A stretch of DNA of 63,810 bases, filler included, from Octopus bimaculoides (taxonomy: Eukaryota), in NCBI RefSeq assembly GCF_001194135.2. It is 11 parts of 10 records of this genome, joined end to end, with 100 filler letters (N's around TTAATTAATTAA, not from the genome) between each part and the next. Parts side by side here need not be neighbours in the genome. Positions count along the whole stretch, not along the records: positions 22,684 to 39,145 come from NC_069000.1; positions 39,246 to 43,632 come from NC_068994.1; positions 43,733 to 46,965 come from NW_026319219.1; positions 47,066 to 53,574 come from NW_026335311.1; 7 more parts are not named here. One strand, 5' to 3'. The translations under genes were made by a program, and so were the position numbers. Under the pieces are notes generated by a model. It saw nothing but the letters and a program-made list of their open reading frames with translations, did not search any database and had not been told where the DNA came from. Below are positions 38,761-52,447 of the stretch, one piece after another (positions within the stretch are counted from its first letter, which is position 1; the number at the start of each line of letters is the position of its first letter).

Positions 38761-39282
38761 CACATTTGTGACAAGTAGTAGGTTGTGACACACCTTAGCA
38801 GGGTATCTTCAAAGTGCTATCACAACCTACTTTTATCTGGAATAACAAAAGATGGCAGGTCAACTTATTAGATGCATAGTAATGATATACTGAAATTACA
38901 GTAATCTAAGACAGATATAACTGCCACTCCTAAAAAAAATCTCAAAATTCTGGCATGCACTTTGTGGGCTCAACTATCTTTGAAGACTCATATTCTCATT
39001 GAATGATCGAAATGAGGAGTAAATAGACAGCCGACAGCTGATGAAGGATTTACTTGACCTGTTTTCCATTTTTTGTCGTTGTTTACGTATTTCATGTTAT
39101 TTGCACTGTTGGTGACGTCCTGTACCCATATATGCATGTGTATATNNNNNNNNNNNNNNNNNNNNNNNNNNNNNNNNNNNNNNNNNNNNTTAATTAATTA
39201 ANNNNNNNNNNNNNNNNNNNNNNNNNNNNNNNNNNNNNNNNNNNNAAATGTATAATAGTATAGGTTACATAAGATTGCAAGG

Positions 39283-39314
<32 letters not shown>

Positions 39315-39318
39315 ACAT

Positions 39319-39350
<32 letters not shown>

Positions 39351-40171
39351 GTGTGTGCTGCAGAGGTGGGCAATGTGCCAGCTGCATTTGTTGCATCTAG
39401 ATTGCATAACAGAGCTTTGCAGAGCTGCCACTGAATGTCGGGCCACGTGTATTTTTATGTTGTGTCTGTGTGTGTGTACATGTGTGTGCAAGTACGTACT
39501 CGAATACTCAGTTGATACACACACACACACACACATGTATACATACATACATATGCATATGTATATATNNNNNNNNNNNNNNNNNNNNNNNNNNNNNNNN
39601 NNNNNNNNNNNNNNNNNNNNNNNNNNNNNNNNNNNNNNNNNNNNNNNNNNNNNNNNNNNNNNNNNNNNNNNNNNNNNNNNNNNNNNNNNNNNNNNNNNNN
39701 NNNNNNNNNNNNNNNNNNNNNNNNNNNNNNNNNNNNNNNNNNNNNNNNNNNNNNNNNNNNNNNNNNNNNNNNNNNNNNNNNNNNNNNNNNNNNNNNNNNN
39801 NNNNNNNNNNNNNNNNNNNNNNNNNNNNNNNNNNNNNNNNNNNNNNNNNNNNNNNNNNNNNNNNNNNNNNNNNNNNNNNNNNNNNNNNNNNNNNNNNNNN
39901 NNNNNNNNNNNNNNNNNNNNNNNNNNNNNNNNNNNNNNNNNNNNNNNNNNNNNNNNNNNNNNNNNNNNNNNNNNNNNNNNNNNNNNNNNNNNNNNNNNNN
40001 NNNNNNNNNNNNNNNNNNNNNNNNNNNNNNNNNNNNNNNNNNNNNNNNNNNNNNNNNNNNNNNNNNNNNNNNNNATATATATATATATATATATACATAT
40101 ATAAACGTGCGTGTGTAGTGTTTGTAGGTGTTGTCTACATGTCATGAGTCTGCTCTTGCAGTCAATAATCT

Positions 40172-40382
40172 TTTCTACTCTAGGCACAAGGCCTGAAATT
40201 AGGGCAGGGGGGATAGTCGATTACATCGATTCCAGTACGCAACTGGTACTTAATTTATCGACTCCAAAAGAATGAAAGGCAAAGTTGACCTTGGCGAAAT
40301 TTGAACTCTGAACGTAAAGACAGACGAAATACCACCAAGCATTTCACTCGGTGTGCTAACGATTCTGCCAGTTCGCCGCCTT
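40172..40382 (-). mobile_element. tRNA-derived SINE (family A), full length
   Basis: Runs from the AAGGCGGCGAACTGGCAGAATCGTTAGCAC head through the GTTCAGAGTTCAAATTTC B-box region to the ...CCTTGTGCCTAGAGTAGAAA tail, on the minus strand. Confidence 0.9.
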
Positions 40383-41751
40383 GTAGTCAGTAACGAAGTT
40401 AAATTATTATTGTTATTATTATTTCGTTAGTAAAGAGAAACTTTGGTTTGAAATCTTTTACTTTGTCAATTCAGTTGATTCTGGAGTAGCTTTCCTCGAT
40501 ATCATCAGCTGCTACACAATCTCAGAGAGAGAGAGAGAGAGATAGAGAGAGAGAAAGTAGAAGAGAGACATAAAAAGAGCATGTGAGAAAGAGAGGGTGA
40601 AGCAGAGAGAGAAAGAGAGAGAGATGATGATGAAAGAAAAAGAAAGCGAGAGGAATGAGCTAGCAGTGAAAGAAGACAAGCAGCAGGAAGTTAGATTAAA
40701 ATACGCCATGATTTAATTCAGCCATATTGTCGTTGATGATGACGATGACGATGATGATGATGGTGATGATTTTTTTTTATTAACCACAAGGGTATGGAGG
40801 AGGGAGGACAACACATGGACAGAGTACAATTTGTGTGGGGATCTACATAAAAGGTGGTGGGGATGGAGAAAAAAATGGGAAAAGACAGTGAAATGCGATA
40901 AAAGTTTACATGGTATGCAATATATGTGATAACATGAAACAGGAGAGACTCCAGCTAGGGCCAATCAAGGAATCCCACAGGTCCAGGATGACCCTGACTA
41001 CAAAAGGCACGAGTCCTCTCTCCTGCTCTCCAATCTACAGGCACATCCTTAGAGCGGGGCCAGTCACCAAAATTTGTGTGTCAAAGGATGAAAAGCTACG
41101 TGGTTGTTCAAATATTAATGATTTTTAACTAAAGTCGCATAAGGTCAGGGATTATATTTAAGGGAATAGAGAAAAGGGTTGCGGCAATTTATTGTTATAT
41201 GAATTGACCCCAGTGTTTTTCTGGTACTTGCTATACTGAAACTCACCCAGCCCTTAACTCTAAAGGCATCAGAGAGAAAATTGACGTGGAGTAATTAATA
41301 TTGGCTGATAATTTTAGATATTAAAATGAACAAAATATTTTAGGGTAGGAAGGTATTATAGATATATGTATAAGGGGATATATATATATATATATATGTA
41401 TATTGGATTTTTTTTTGTGTGTGTATTTAAACAGATTGGCTGCTTATTTCTCTGCAGTTCAAATGCTACAAAAAAAAAAGACTCTGATGAGAGCTCAATA
41501 AGGACCGAAAATTGATTAAGGCTGTTTATCATTTTTTATGCAATCAAAGGAGAAGTGGTTAAATTAACCATGTTTGTATGATGTCTGCTATGTAGATTCA
41601 CACACACACACACACACACACACATATGCAAATGTACACACACATAAACACTCACACAAACACACATATATATGAATTATGCAAATATTCATGGATATGT
41701 TCTTGTTGCCGTTAGTAATGGTGTCCTTTTTTTTTTTCTTGTATTTTGCAG

Positions 41752-41866
41752 GCGGGCCCATTTACGTCATTGTCTTGAAAACTTGAAAGATCTTGTGCCG
41801 TTGGGCCAAGACTGTACTCGGCACACAACACTAGGTTTATTAACTAAAGCTAAATCATTTATTAAG
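41752..41866 (+). CDS. MXD: Internal coding exon of a Mad/Mxi1 (MXD family) bHLH-ZIP transcriptional repressor
   Basis: Encodes (R)[38 protein letters not shown], about 30/38 identical to human MXI1 as recalled from memory and clearly not Mnt or Myc. Strong acceptor (T-run ...ttgtattttgcAG|G) and donor AAG|GTCAGT. The exon is 115 nt, phase 2 to phase 0. The paralog cannot be assigned. Confidence 0.93.
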
Positions 41867-42000
41867 GTCAGTATTGGTATTTTTTTTTTCAATCATCATA
41901 ATATATTCAGGCATATACCTGGAGACATACATATATATGAATGTGTGTATATGCATGTGTATATNNNNNNNNNNCATGTATATGTATGTATATGGATTTA

Positions 42001-42047
<47 letters not shown>

Positions 42048-42127
42048 GTATATATAAATATATAGGTGTATATCATATATACATATATATATGCATATAT
42101 ACATGTATATGTATGTATATGGATTTA

Positions 42128-42173
<46 letters not shown>

Positions 42174-42763
42174 TGTATGTATATATATATATATCTATAT
42201 ATATATATGGATGCATATGATATATGTGTGTATATACATACATACTATATATACAAATATAGCCTAAAATTAAAGTTCTGTTTATCTGTAGATTTATTTT
42301 GTGTAGGCCAAACTCCATTCTGTCATGATAATATGTTTCGCATTGTGTACTCTTAGACAAAAAACCCTCATACTTGTGAAAACCCTGAAGTGGAATTTAA
42401 CCCCTAAAAGCCTTACAGTAGAAGAATTTTGCTTGATTGTTACACCAATATATCACAAAAAAGTTTTGTTCATATATATGTGTATTTGTTTGTTTGTGTG
42501 CAGATATCAAATTTTACTAGGAAAAAGTTGGTAGTGACTTTGAAGTTTCATCTTTCCAGCCATCAAGCAGATCAATGGCAACAGACAACATGTCACTTCG
42601 TAGTCACTGTCAACGTCTTCCTCATAAAAATACATCCTTACTCTGCTAGAAAGCTTTGTGTGATCCTTCGAGTTAATAATTCATTGCTTTCTATGTATGA
42701 CTTCATACAAAAACAAACGTTAACGTCTATCTACCTATATGTATACACACACACATGCACATT

Positions 42764-42798
<35 letters not shown>

Positions 42799-43044
42799 GC
42801 ACATATTAATACAGGTATGCAATCTTGTAGCGGAAGCAGGTCAGCGTGAAATGACGCAAGTGCAATTAACTGCAATTTGCAAGAACTACCGTGCATTCAT
42901 TGAACAAGAACGCAACATTGCATCAAAGCTATTTTTAGACGGAAGCAAAAGAGCTGCCTGCAATTAGGGCGGACAGACCAATGAAGTTATGTGTATGTGT
43001 TTGTGNNNNNNNNNNGGGCGGACAGACCAATGAAGTTATGTGTA

Positions 43045-43075
<31 letters not shown>

Positions 43076-43592
43076 GGTTGTGGTGAGTGTTTATTCTGCA
43101 TGTTAATATATTCCGTACTATGTTTGAAGTACATTTTCTCTGTTTCGAAACAAACAACACATACAAAAGTGTATGTGTGTGTGTGTGTGGGGGGGGTGTA
43201 TTTGTTGTGTGTATAAATATATTCAGCAGTAAAAGCAATGCCCAGCATGGCCACCACCTCTGGCTGGAGCCAGTGAAAATGAAAGTATAGTGTTTGAAGT
43301 ACTTCTTGTGTTTGTGTGTTTGTATAAATACATCCTGTAGTATCTGTGAAGTACTCTGTGTGTGTGTGTGTTCTCACAGCCCGGGCATGTTTGTAAGAGC
43401 CATCGTTAAAGTACTCGCAACATGTTGTTTAGAAATATTTGTAAAAGTGTCATTGACATCGACTCATTTTCTCACCACCCACAAGATAGATGATGCCAGT
43501 AAATTCAAGAAATATTTTCGTATGTAATACAACATAACTACACGCACATTCACATGTATATGTATGTGTGTGTGTGTGTGTGCATATGTGCA

Positions 43593-43632
<40 letters not shown>

Positions 43633-43961
43633 NNNNNNNNNNNNNNNNNNNNNNNNNNNNNNNNNNNNNNNNNNNNTTAATTAATTAANNNNNNNNNNNN
43701 NNNNNNNNNNNNNNNNNNNNNNNNNNNNNNNNTATATATATATGTGTGTGTGTGTGTGTATATGTATATATACATATATATACATATATTCTGTTTGTAA
43801 CCAACTGTACATTGTGTATGTAACGGAATATGTATACATACATGTGAGTGTATGTACCTATATTTATATGTATATACATATATATGCGTATGTATATATA
43901 CCCATATATACATCATACATGGTTATGCATATATGTGGATATGGCTGTATACACACACATG

Positions 43962-44004
<43 letters not shown>

Positions 44005-44526
44005 GATAGATAGATAGATGTATATATAATTGATATATATGTCTCCGTCTATACATAGTATGTGTGCGTATATACATATATGTATACATGTGTATATTAT
44101 ATGTGTGTGCGTGTGTATACGTGTATGTATACATTCTTAGTAAATACGTATATAATGTATATTCATATGGACATATATAGGTGCGTGCATGTGTAAGTGT
44201 GTATATGTGTGTGTGTATGTATGCGTGTGCGTGTGTATGTGTGTGCGTAAGTTCTTTGCTGCCTTCTTTCGATCTGGAAATGAAATCGGTGTTTAGACGG
44301 GGTGGGAAAGGGGTGCAGAGTGCCATGATTAATATGGTTGTTCACTTATAATTAATTAATCCCTAATAAATATTAGTATTTAATTTTTGTGTTTGTGTGT
44401 CTGTAAATGTGTGGGTGTACGTATAAATATGAATAAATATCGTATATATACAATTACATACATACTCATATATGTACGCCTATATCTTACAATATATGCA
44501 GAAGTCTTTAAGACATACGATATACG

Positions 44527-44589
<63 letters not shown>

Positions 44590-44856
44590 ATTTAGCATAC
44601 ATGTATGCGTATATTTTACAAATGTGGGTACACACACATATATGGCAAAAGGGCAAGTATTTTCTACTGAAGCCCCAGGTGGACCAATGCTATGAGACCG
44701 AATTCGTTNNNNNNNNNNNNNNNNNNNNNNNNNNNNNNNNNNNNNNNNNNNNNNNNNNNNNNNNNNNNNNNNNNNNNNNNNNNNNNNNNNNNNNNNNNNN
44801 NNNNNNNNNNNNNNNNNNNNNNNNNNNNNNNNNNNNNNNNNNNNNNNNNNNNNNNN

Positions 44857-44899
<43 letters not shown>

Positions 44900-44975
44900 T
44901 ATGCACACAGATAAACACATGCATGCACATATATAAATATGTATATATATGTATACATATATAAGAATGTAGATT

Positions 44976-45026
<51 letters not shown>

Positions 45027-45339
45027 ATGTATATACATGATATTTACTCGTGTATAAGACGCATTATCTTATATCCGATTCAAACAAGCTGGAATGCAAC
45101 TAATATGAGAGTAAATACTATATATTTGTATATAGATTCACAAATTTATTGCCTTATATCTTGATATAAGTGACATATGTATATATATATTTAGGTATAT
45201 ATTTATATATATATGTACTTATATATTTATTTGTATCTTTATATATAGATGCACATATATATTTACATGTTTGTATGTATGTATGTATGTATACATTATG
45301 TATGTGTGTCTCTTTAGTAAGAATTATTGAGATGTGACG

Positions 45340-45830
45340 AAGAAGGAAATGGATTTCAGAAGTCAAATAGATCTATTTCTTGTTGCATAGATTTTAACAA
45401 TCAACAAAATTAGCTGCTTTCATGATTCGAAATTGCAGCCTCATTGTTTGTGGATTCTTCAATGTTCAGCAACTCTCACGACTGATACTAAATTGAAAAA
45501 AATCTTTCTCCATACTGCACCTGTCAAGAAACTGCGACAACATTAATGATTCTCTGCAGAAGATGAAATACTATCGCTGGATGGAGACACCAATTTCTCG
45601 GGTAGTTATGCATGAGAGTGCAAAACGATACTATTGCAATTTTCCTTTTTTCTCTGTCTGGTCTTCATCTTTCACACTTTAATTGACAAATATCAAGAAC
45701 TTAGCTTCACTTTAATCAAATGCAGCTCCTCTTGTCACATCTCAGTAAACATCGAATCCCTGCCCTTCCACAAGACTTTGAACCTGCTGGAGATGTTGGT
45801 AGTTATATCTCTATAGCAATGCCTCAATGA
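45340..45830 (-). mobile_element. Possible highly decayed LINE endonuclease fragment (RTE-like)
   Basis: Only short motif-like stretches on the minus strand (e.g. RFKVLWKG), heavily interrupted. Confidence 0.3.
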
Positions 45831-45858
45831 ATGAATACATCTGCATCAGCCAGGATGA

Positions 45859-45889
<31 letters not shown>

Positions 45890-47065
45890 CCATGGGGTAG
45901 CTGTCCAGCAAGAACCTTCATCTAGCTCTGAGCGGTCACGTAATTTTTCCCTACTGACCTCCTGAATGCTATGACCATTTAGTGATGAGTGATGAGATTG
46001 ATTTGGGTAAATCCATCGGGCTTGAGCAATTAACTTTCTTCTGCCGGACTCCCATACGTAACAGGATACGACTCAAACAATAACCTACCCGTAAGAATAT
46101 GCCCGGCTAAAGGTATGCGTATAACAGAATATTCTGTATATCAAATCCACCAATCGCTCTCTCTCTCTCTATATATATATATATAGATAGATAGTTATAA
46201 AGAAGCTCACACACATATACATTCATGTATACATACTAGTAAGTATTAAAGATTCATAACTTTGTAAGATTAAAAAAAAAAACAATTGCATACTCACTGT
46301 GGGATCGAACCCAGCTCAACGTACTACATTTTAGACAACACTGACTTTTCCTTTTTTCTCCAATAAGAGGTTGTTTTTTTGCATATGTTAATCACCATAG
46401 TGTCTGACTTAGAACAGATAATCAAATTGCTCTCTGTAATGTCACACTTAGAAAAATATCCCACCTTGATCTAAACCACTGCTACTCAAACGGGGTTATG
46501 TGGACCTTTGGGATTCCATATAAGATTTTGTTTGAATTTATCTGCAATTAATCGATTAGGTTTCTACAGTACACAAAATATTTTAATAAGTTTTTGGAAC
46601 AGTTTCTCATAATATTTAAATATAAAAATATAATGGGATTTTTTGAACTTCGAATGGCTATGTGGGTCCATCCGAGTAAGACAAGTATCAAAGAGGGCCA
46701 TAGATGAAAAAAAAAAAAATAGCAGAGAACGACTGATCCGGTGTTTAGAGAAGAATTAACTAAAAATCATAGTGCTCGGTTTGGTGAGTGGAACATTTGA
46801 CAAGCATTTTGCTGTTTTGGTCTCAGATGGAGAATAAAATAAAAAATATTCCTTTAGTATTTTAATTTTTACAGTCGATGGTTTAGCAAGAATTTGCTGA
46901 AACTTTGTTGCTGTCACTCAAAGGTTATGAAAGAAATGTTTTTGAAGAAACAAAATGGTTCTAGANNNNNNNNNNNNNNNNNNNNNNNNNNNNNNNNNNN
47001 NNNNNNNNNTTAATTAATTAANNNNNNNNNNNNNNNNNNNNNNNNNNNNNNNNNNNNNNNNNNNN

Positions 47066-47109
<44 letters not shown>

Positions 47110-48579
47110 TTCAGAGAGAAAGAGAAAGAGAGAGAGAGTGAGAAAATGTGAGAGAATGAGAGAGAGATTGAACTTTAAGTTTCTGGATTTGGCCTGTATT
47201 TCCTCAATCTAAACCACATGATTTTAAATTCTTTTTGTGTTTCCAGTACAACAGAATTTGTTAAGACTCTTGCCATTCGCTATCAAAATTGGTTTCCAGC
47301 GTCTGACACGTTTCACATGTGATTGTAATGCCACGTTTATTCATTTTTTAAATTCTATTTAAACCAGTATTTACGTTTTCAATCTTTATAAGCTTCAAAT
47401 ATAATTTTCTTTGTTTAATCACCGATTTGCATCTGTAGCGTGTCTAGATTTTATTTAGATATCTGTAGCTTTAGATCGGTAGATTTTATTTTAATATAGT
47501 CTCGAGTCCATTTGAGACAGTGCGCCATCTTCGCATTAAATACGATGGTTAAAACGAACTACATATAAAAAGAGAACAAAAAAAAAGCCCAAACAAACAA
47601 ACAAACGAATAACAACAGTTAAAAGTACAATGTTTTTCTTTGTGCTTTACTTGACTGATTTTTTTTTCAAATTTTGTTTTCAAATTACATTTAAAATATT
47701 TCTTTTGGTTTTATCATTTTTTGTTTGTTTTGTATCAATCTCGTCATTGTTATTCTTTTCTGTGAATGGGTGCGTAGACGGTGGATAAAAAGAATTATTT
47801 CTATTTGCTTTTATATTTTTGCTGTTATTTTTGGTTAATTTAAAAAAAAAATTATTCTCCATTCAATGGAAATTAGTTCAACGATGTTTTATAAATATAA
47901 CTACGACACCTGTCGTGAAATATTTAATTAGATAAAAAAAAAGAAGAAAAACTACGTATCGCCTACCACACATCCACCCGTCTATATAGTAGTGTAATAT
48001 TTTTTGTGTTTCATTCCATATTCGTTTTTGTAGATGTTGTTGTGCTTGTATTTTAGTGTGTGTTTTTTTCTATATGTGTGTGTGAATTGTCCGTACTTCA
48101 AAGACTTCTGCTGCGTTCGTATTTATTTGGTTTGTGATTGTAGCTGATTCTAGAGCGGAAAATTAAGAGAAGAATAAGCATCGAAGAATAAAGCAAAACA
48201 AAAATGAAAGGAAGAATATGGGAACATTATCAATAAAAGACTTTATATAAATAGAGCAGGGTGAGTGGGCATATGATTTTAAAATTATGAATTCATAGTT
48301 GATAGGTTCGTACTAGTGCTGCTTTATGTTGGTGGCTTTGTTGTAGTCACAGAAAAACAAAAAAAAGAGAAGGATTTTCAAAACAGGTCAAAAACGCTGT
48401 CAAGTTGCATCCAATGTAAGTCACACACGTGTTATAGTTTGATTTCACGCGGAAAAACCAACATGTGAACTTGCGTGTGCATATACTTCTTGTATGTATG
48501 TATGTATATATGTATGTATGCATGTATGTGTATAAGTCTTTAAGATACTTGTTTTATTCGTTTATCATCTCTGTTAGTG

Positions 48580-48617
<38 letters not shown>

Positions 48618-49057
48618 AGCACAAAAAGTGAAAAAAAGCTTTGAGAACTTTATCATGAATAGAAGAAAGAAATATTTACATTATTATAAAAAAAACACTA
48701 CCGGTTTCCATTGTCTGAGAGACCCTAAGCCAAGTAATAAAAAAGTTAAAATATATTGAATGAAATTAATTTAAATTTTCATCATAGAACTTTTGAAAAT
48801 TGAACACATTTCCTATACGGAATTCCCATGGCGGTCTTTGTTGGTCTCCCTGTGATGACTGCTAGGTCATGAAAACATTATTATTATTATTCAGTAGTTT
48901 TATTTTTATAACGTGCTTTCACTTCACTACCGAGCGAAGCTCCGTGTGCCTTGGGTATGTGCTGTGGTTTGCTGTGATGCTCTTATGGTTACTATATTGA
49001 AAGTGTTTTGCGTAGGATGTGTGATGTATGATTATTACTATTTTTGTCATCATCATC

Positions 49058-49096
<39 letters not shown>

Positions 49097-49494
49097 GTTA
49101 TTATTATAACAAAGCGCAATGAATGAGAGAGGAAAATTTAGAAAACGGATACCGTTATAAAATCGGTTATCAGATTGGCTCCAAGCTAATAGTAAGGCTT
49201 GAATTTCGTATCACGAATACTAGATCCTATACTAGCTCAGGGCATATTTTATCCATTACCCTTGAGTGAAGTTAAACGGAAGAAAAAATTTCAGAGATAG
49301 ATGTGTACAATTAAAGGTCACTAAATTAAGTATAATTTAGAAAGGTGAGATAGACAGAGTTTACTTGTAAGGCCAAGGTAGTTTACACAATATTTAAGAA
49401 TATCCCCACTGAGGAGGAAATACGAATGTTTAGCTACACAAATCAACCTTAAATCTACATGTAGAGAACATTGTCCTAGGTATAGAATATATTA

Positions 49495-50040
49495 CGACTG
49501 GTGCCCTCAACCAAAATCTCAGTTCTTGTGGCTTTAGTAGAAATTATTGTTATTGTTACATTCTGAGTTCAAATTCCACCGAGGTCGAATTTGTCTTTCA
49601 TCTTTTCCATGTCGATGAATTAGGTACCAGTTATACACTGTGGTCGATGTAATCGACTGTTGCCCTAAACCAAAATCTCAGTTCTTGCGGCTTTAGTAGA
49701 AAGGATTATTATTGTTATCGTTGCATTCTGAGTTCAAATTCCACCGAGGTCGAATTTGTCTTTCATCCTTTCCATGTCGATAAATTAAGTACCAGTGATA
49801 CACTGTGGTCGATGTAATCGACTGGTGCCCTAAACCAAAATCTCAGTTCTTGCGACTTTAGTAGAAAGAATTGGTATTATTGTTAATTCTGAGTTCAAAT
49901 TCCACCGAGGTCGACTTTGCCTTTCATCCTTTCTGGGTCGATAAATTAAGTACCAGTATAACACTGTGGTCGATGTAATCGACTAGTCCTCTCCTTCAAA
50001 ATTTCAGGGTTTTTGCCTTTACTAGAAAGGATCATTATTA
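49495..50040 (+). repeat. Tandem array of about 3.3 head-less SINE family A units, period about 160-165 nt
   Basis: cgact.gt.cc starts recur at 49495, 49654, 49819 and 49980. Each unit carries ttctgagttcaaattccaccgaggtcga...gtaccagt...tggtcgatgtaat. Confidence 0.9.
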
Positions 50041-50766
50041 TTATTGTTGTTGTTTTTATTTTTTGGGGGAGCAGTTGTAGTTGTCGTCGTCGTCATTATC
50101 AACCAAATTTCCCACGACGAAAACCAAGCGTGATATCAATGACGTCATCATCATTGACGTTGCGGTCGTAGTTACATACATCAGCAGCTTCCTCATCATC
50201 AGCAGCATTGTTATTATTAGCATCATCATCAGCATCATTAATATCATTAAGACCATCTTCAAACTCCCCTCCAAACCTTTCCCTTATCTTCACCATGATC
50301 AAGTATCATCATCATCACCACCATCATCATCATGATTGTTATCATCGTCATCATCATCATCATCCCCTCCATTTCTGCACAATATCAATAAGAATGCTAG
50401 GAGTCCAGATCAACAACAACAACAATTAAAACATAGAAAAATACAACAACAAGTTAAAGACATCATTCAGTTGGCCGCCATTAAAGACAAGAATAAATAC
50501 AATATGTGCACCAACAAAAATTGGGAATCAAAAATAAAGAAAAGGCTTAAAGAAAAACAAAACAAAAAAAATAGAGGGGAAAATATATAAATATATGAAA
50601 AACACACACACAAAAAAAAAGATATTAACAATAATAAAACGATTATGGACACACACACACACACACACACTGAAATAAAGATATACACACGCTAGAACGC
50701 TAACACCCAAACACGCGCAGCTTACACAAAAACATATATAATGAAAGACACACACACACTTACACA

Positions 50767-50807
<41 letters not shown>

Positions 50808-52075
50808 CACACAAATTCAGTAACATGCTCAGCTATACGAATACATATATAGTCAGACACATACCCTTACTCTCATACACACACACACATACACACACAT
50901 ACTTACGTACACACGCATTATATATATATATATNNNNNNNNNNNNNNNNNNNNNNNNNNNNNNNNNNNNNNNNNNNNNNNNNNNNNNNNNNNNNNNNNNN
51001 NNNNNNNNNNNNNNNNNNNNNNNNNNNNNNNNNNNNNNNNNNNNNNNNNNNNNNNNNNNNNNNNNNNNNNNNNNNNNNNNNNNNNNNNNNNNNNNNNNNN
51101 NNNNNNNNNNNNNNNNNNNNNNNNNNNNNNNNNNNNNNNNNNNNNNNNNNNNNNNNNNNNNNNNNNNNNNNNNNNNNNNNNNNNNNNNNNNNNNNNNNNN
51201 NNNNNNNNNNNNNNNNNNNNNNNNNNNNNNNNNNNNNNNNNNNNNNNNNNNNNNNNNNNNNNNNNNNNNNNNNNNNNNNNNNNNNNNNNNNNNNNNNNNN
51301 NNNNNNNNNNNNNNNNNNNNNNNNNNNNNNNNNNNNNNNNNNNNNNNNNNNNNNNNNNNNNNNNNNNNNNNNNNNNNNNNNNNNNNNNNNNNNNNNNNNN
51401 NNNNNNNNNNNNNNNNNNNNNNNNNNNNNNNNNNNNNNNNNNNNNNNNNNNNNNNNNNNNNNNNNNNNNNNNNNNNNNNNNNNNNNNNNNNNNNNNNNNN
51501 NNNNNNNNNNNNNNNNNNNNNNNNNNNNNNNNNNNNNNNNNNNNNNNNNNNNNNNNNNNNNNNNNNNNNNNNNNNNNNNNNNNNNNNNNNNNNNNNNNNN
51601 NNNNNNNNNNNNNNNNNNNNNNNNNNNNNNNNNNNNNNNNNNNNNNNNNNNNNNNNNNNNNNNNNNNNNNNNNNNNNNNNNNNNNNNNNNNNNNNNNNNN
51701 NNNNNNNNNNNNNNNNNNNNNNNNNNNNNNNNNNNNNNNNNNNNNNNNNNNNNNNNNNNNNNNNNNNNNNNNNNNNNNNNGGGGAATGGGAGTTTCGCTT
51801 TTTGCTCTTTTCTTTTTAATTCTTTAAGCGACTTCTTTTGTTTAATTTCCACCCCCACCGCCCTGTTTTTCACTTTCCTTTGACTCATAGATGCTGAAAT
51901 TGTTCACATATATTCACATGCTGGGTATGCACACGCATGGGTGTATGTCTCTGTATGTACGTCTTTATATACATATATATACATATATACATATATATAT
52001 ACATATATACATATATGCGTGTATGCATTTGCGTGTGTTCCTCAGCGTATACATACATGAATGTATGTAGAAATG

Positions 52076-52124
<49 letters not shown>

Positions 52125-52218
52125 GCTGAATGCATGCCCCAGTCAATACGAATGTAATCAAGCGTACCCATGGACAGATGTGCGCACTCACTTGTATACA
52201 TGTGAACATGTGTGTGTA

Positions 52219-52250
<32 letters not shown>

Positions 52251-52447
52251 TGTATGTGTGTTTATGTGTGGGTGTGTGTGCGCACATCTGTGTGTGCCAA
52301 ATGTTTGGCTTAAGTGGCAGATGTAAATGCTGTACTTAAAAAACATTTCTTCAGTTCCAAGTTCCAGGAGTCACAAAATAAAATTCTATAGAAATCATAT
52401 ATTCAGCAACTACAAGAACAACATCAACAATAGGAATTCTTTCAATT

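Noticed and set aside
124-39451. Scattered single CACGTG E-boxes (124, 23085 region, 39445 region)
   Set aside because: They are isolated hexamers next to CA/TG repeats and are expected by chance.
41484-41520. CTGATGA...GAAA about 250 nt upstream of the MXD exon
   Set aside because: The intervening GAGCTCAATAAGGACC does not form a stem closing on GAAA, and no stem I or III can be drawn.
41867-42220. Read-through extension of the MXD ORF (41672-42220 in the track)
   Set aside because: Sequence outside 41752-41866 is intron (canonical GT/AG) and runs into TA microsatellite.
49495-50040. CRISPR-like reading of the regular repeats (also 19320-19641)
   Set aside because: The whole units repeat with no unique spacers, the unit is a SINE body, the context is eukaryotic and there are no cas genes.
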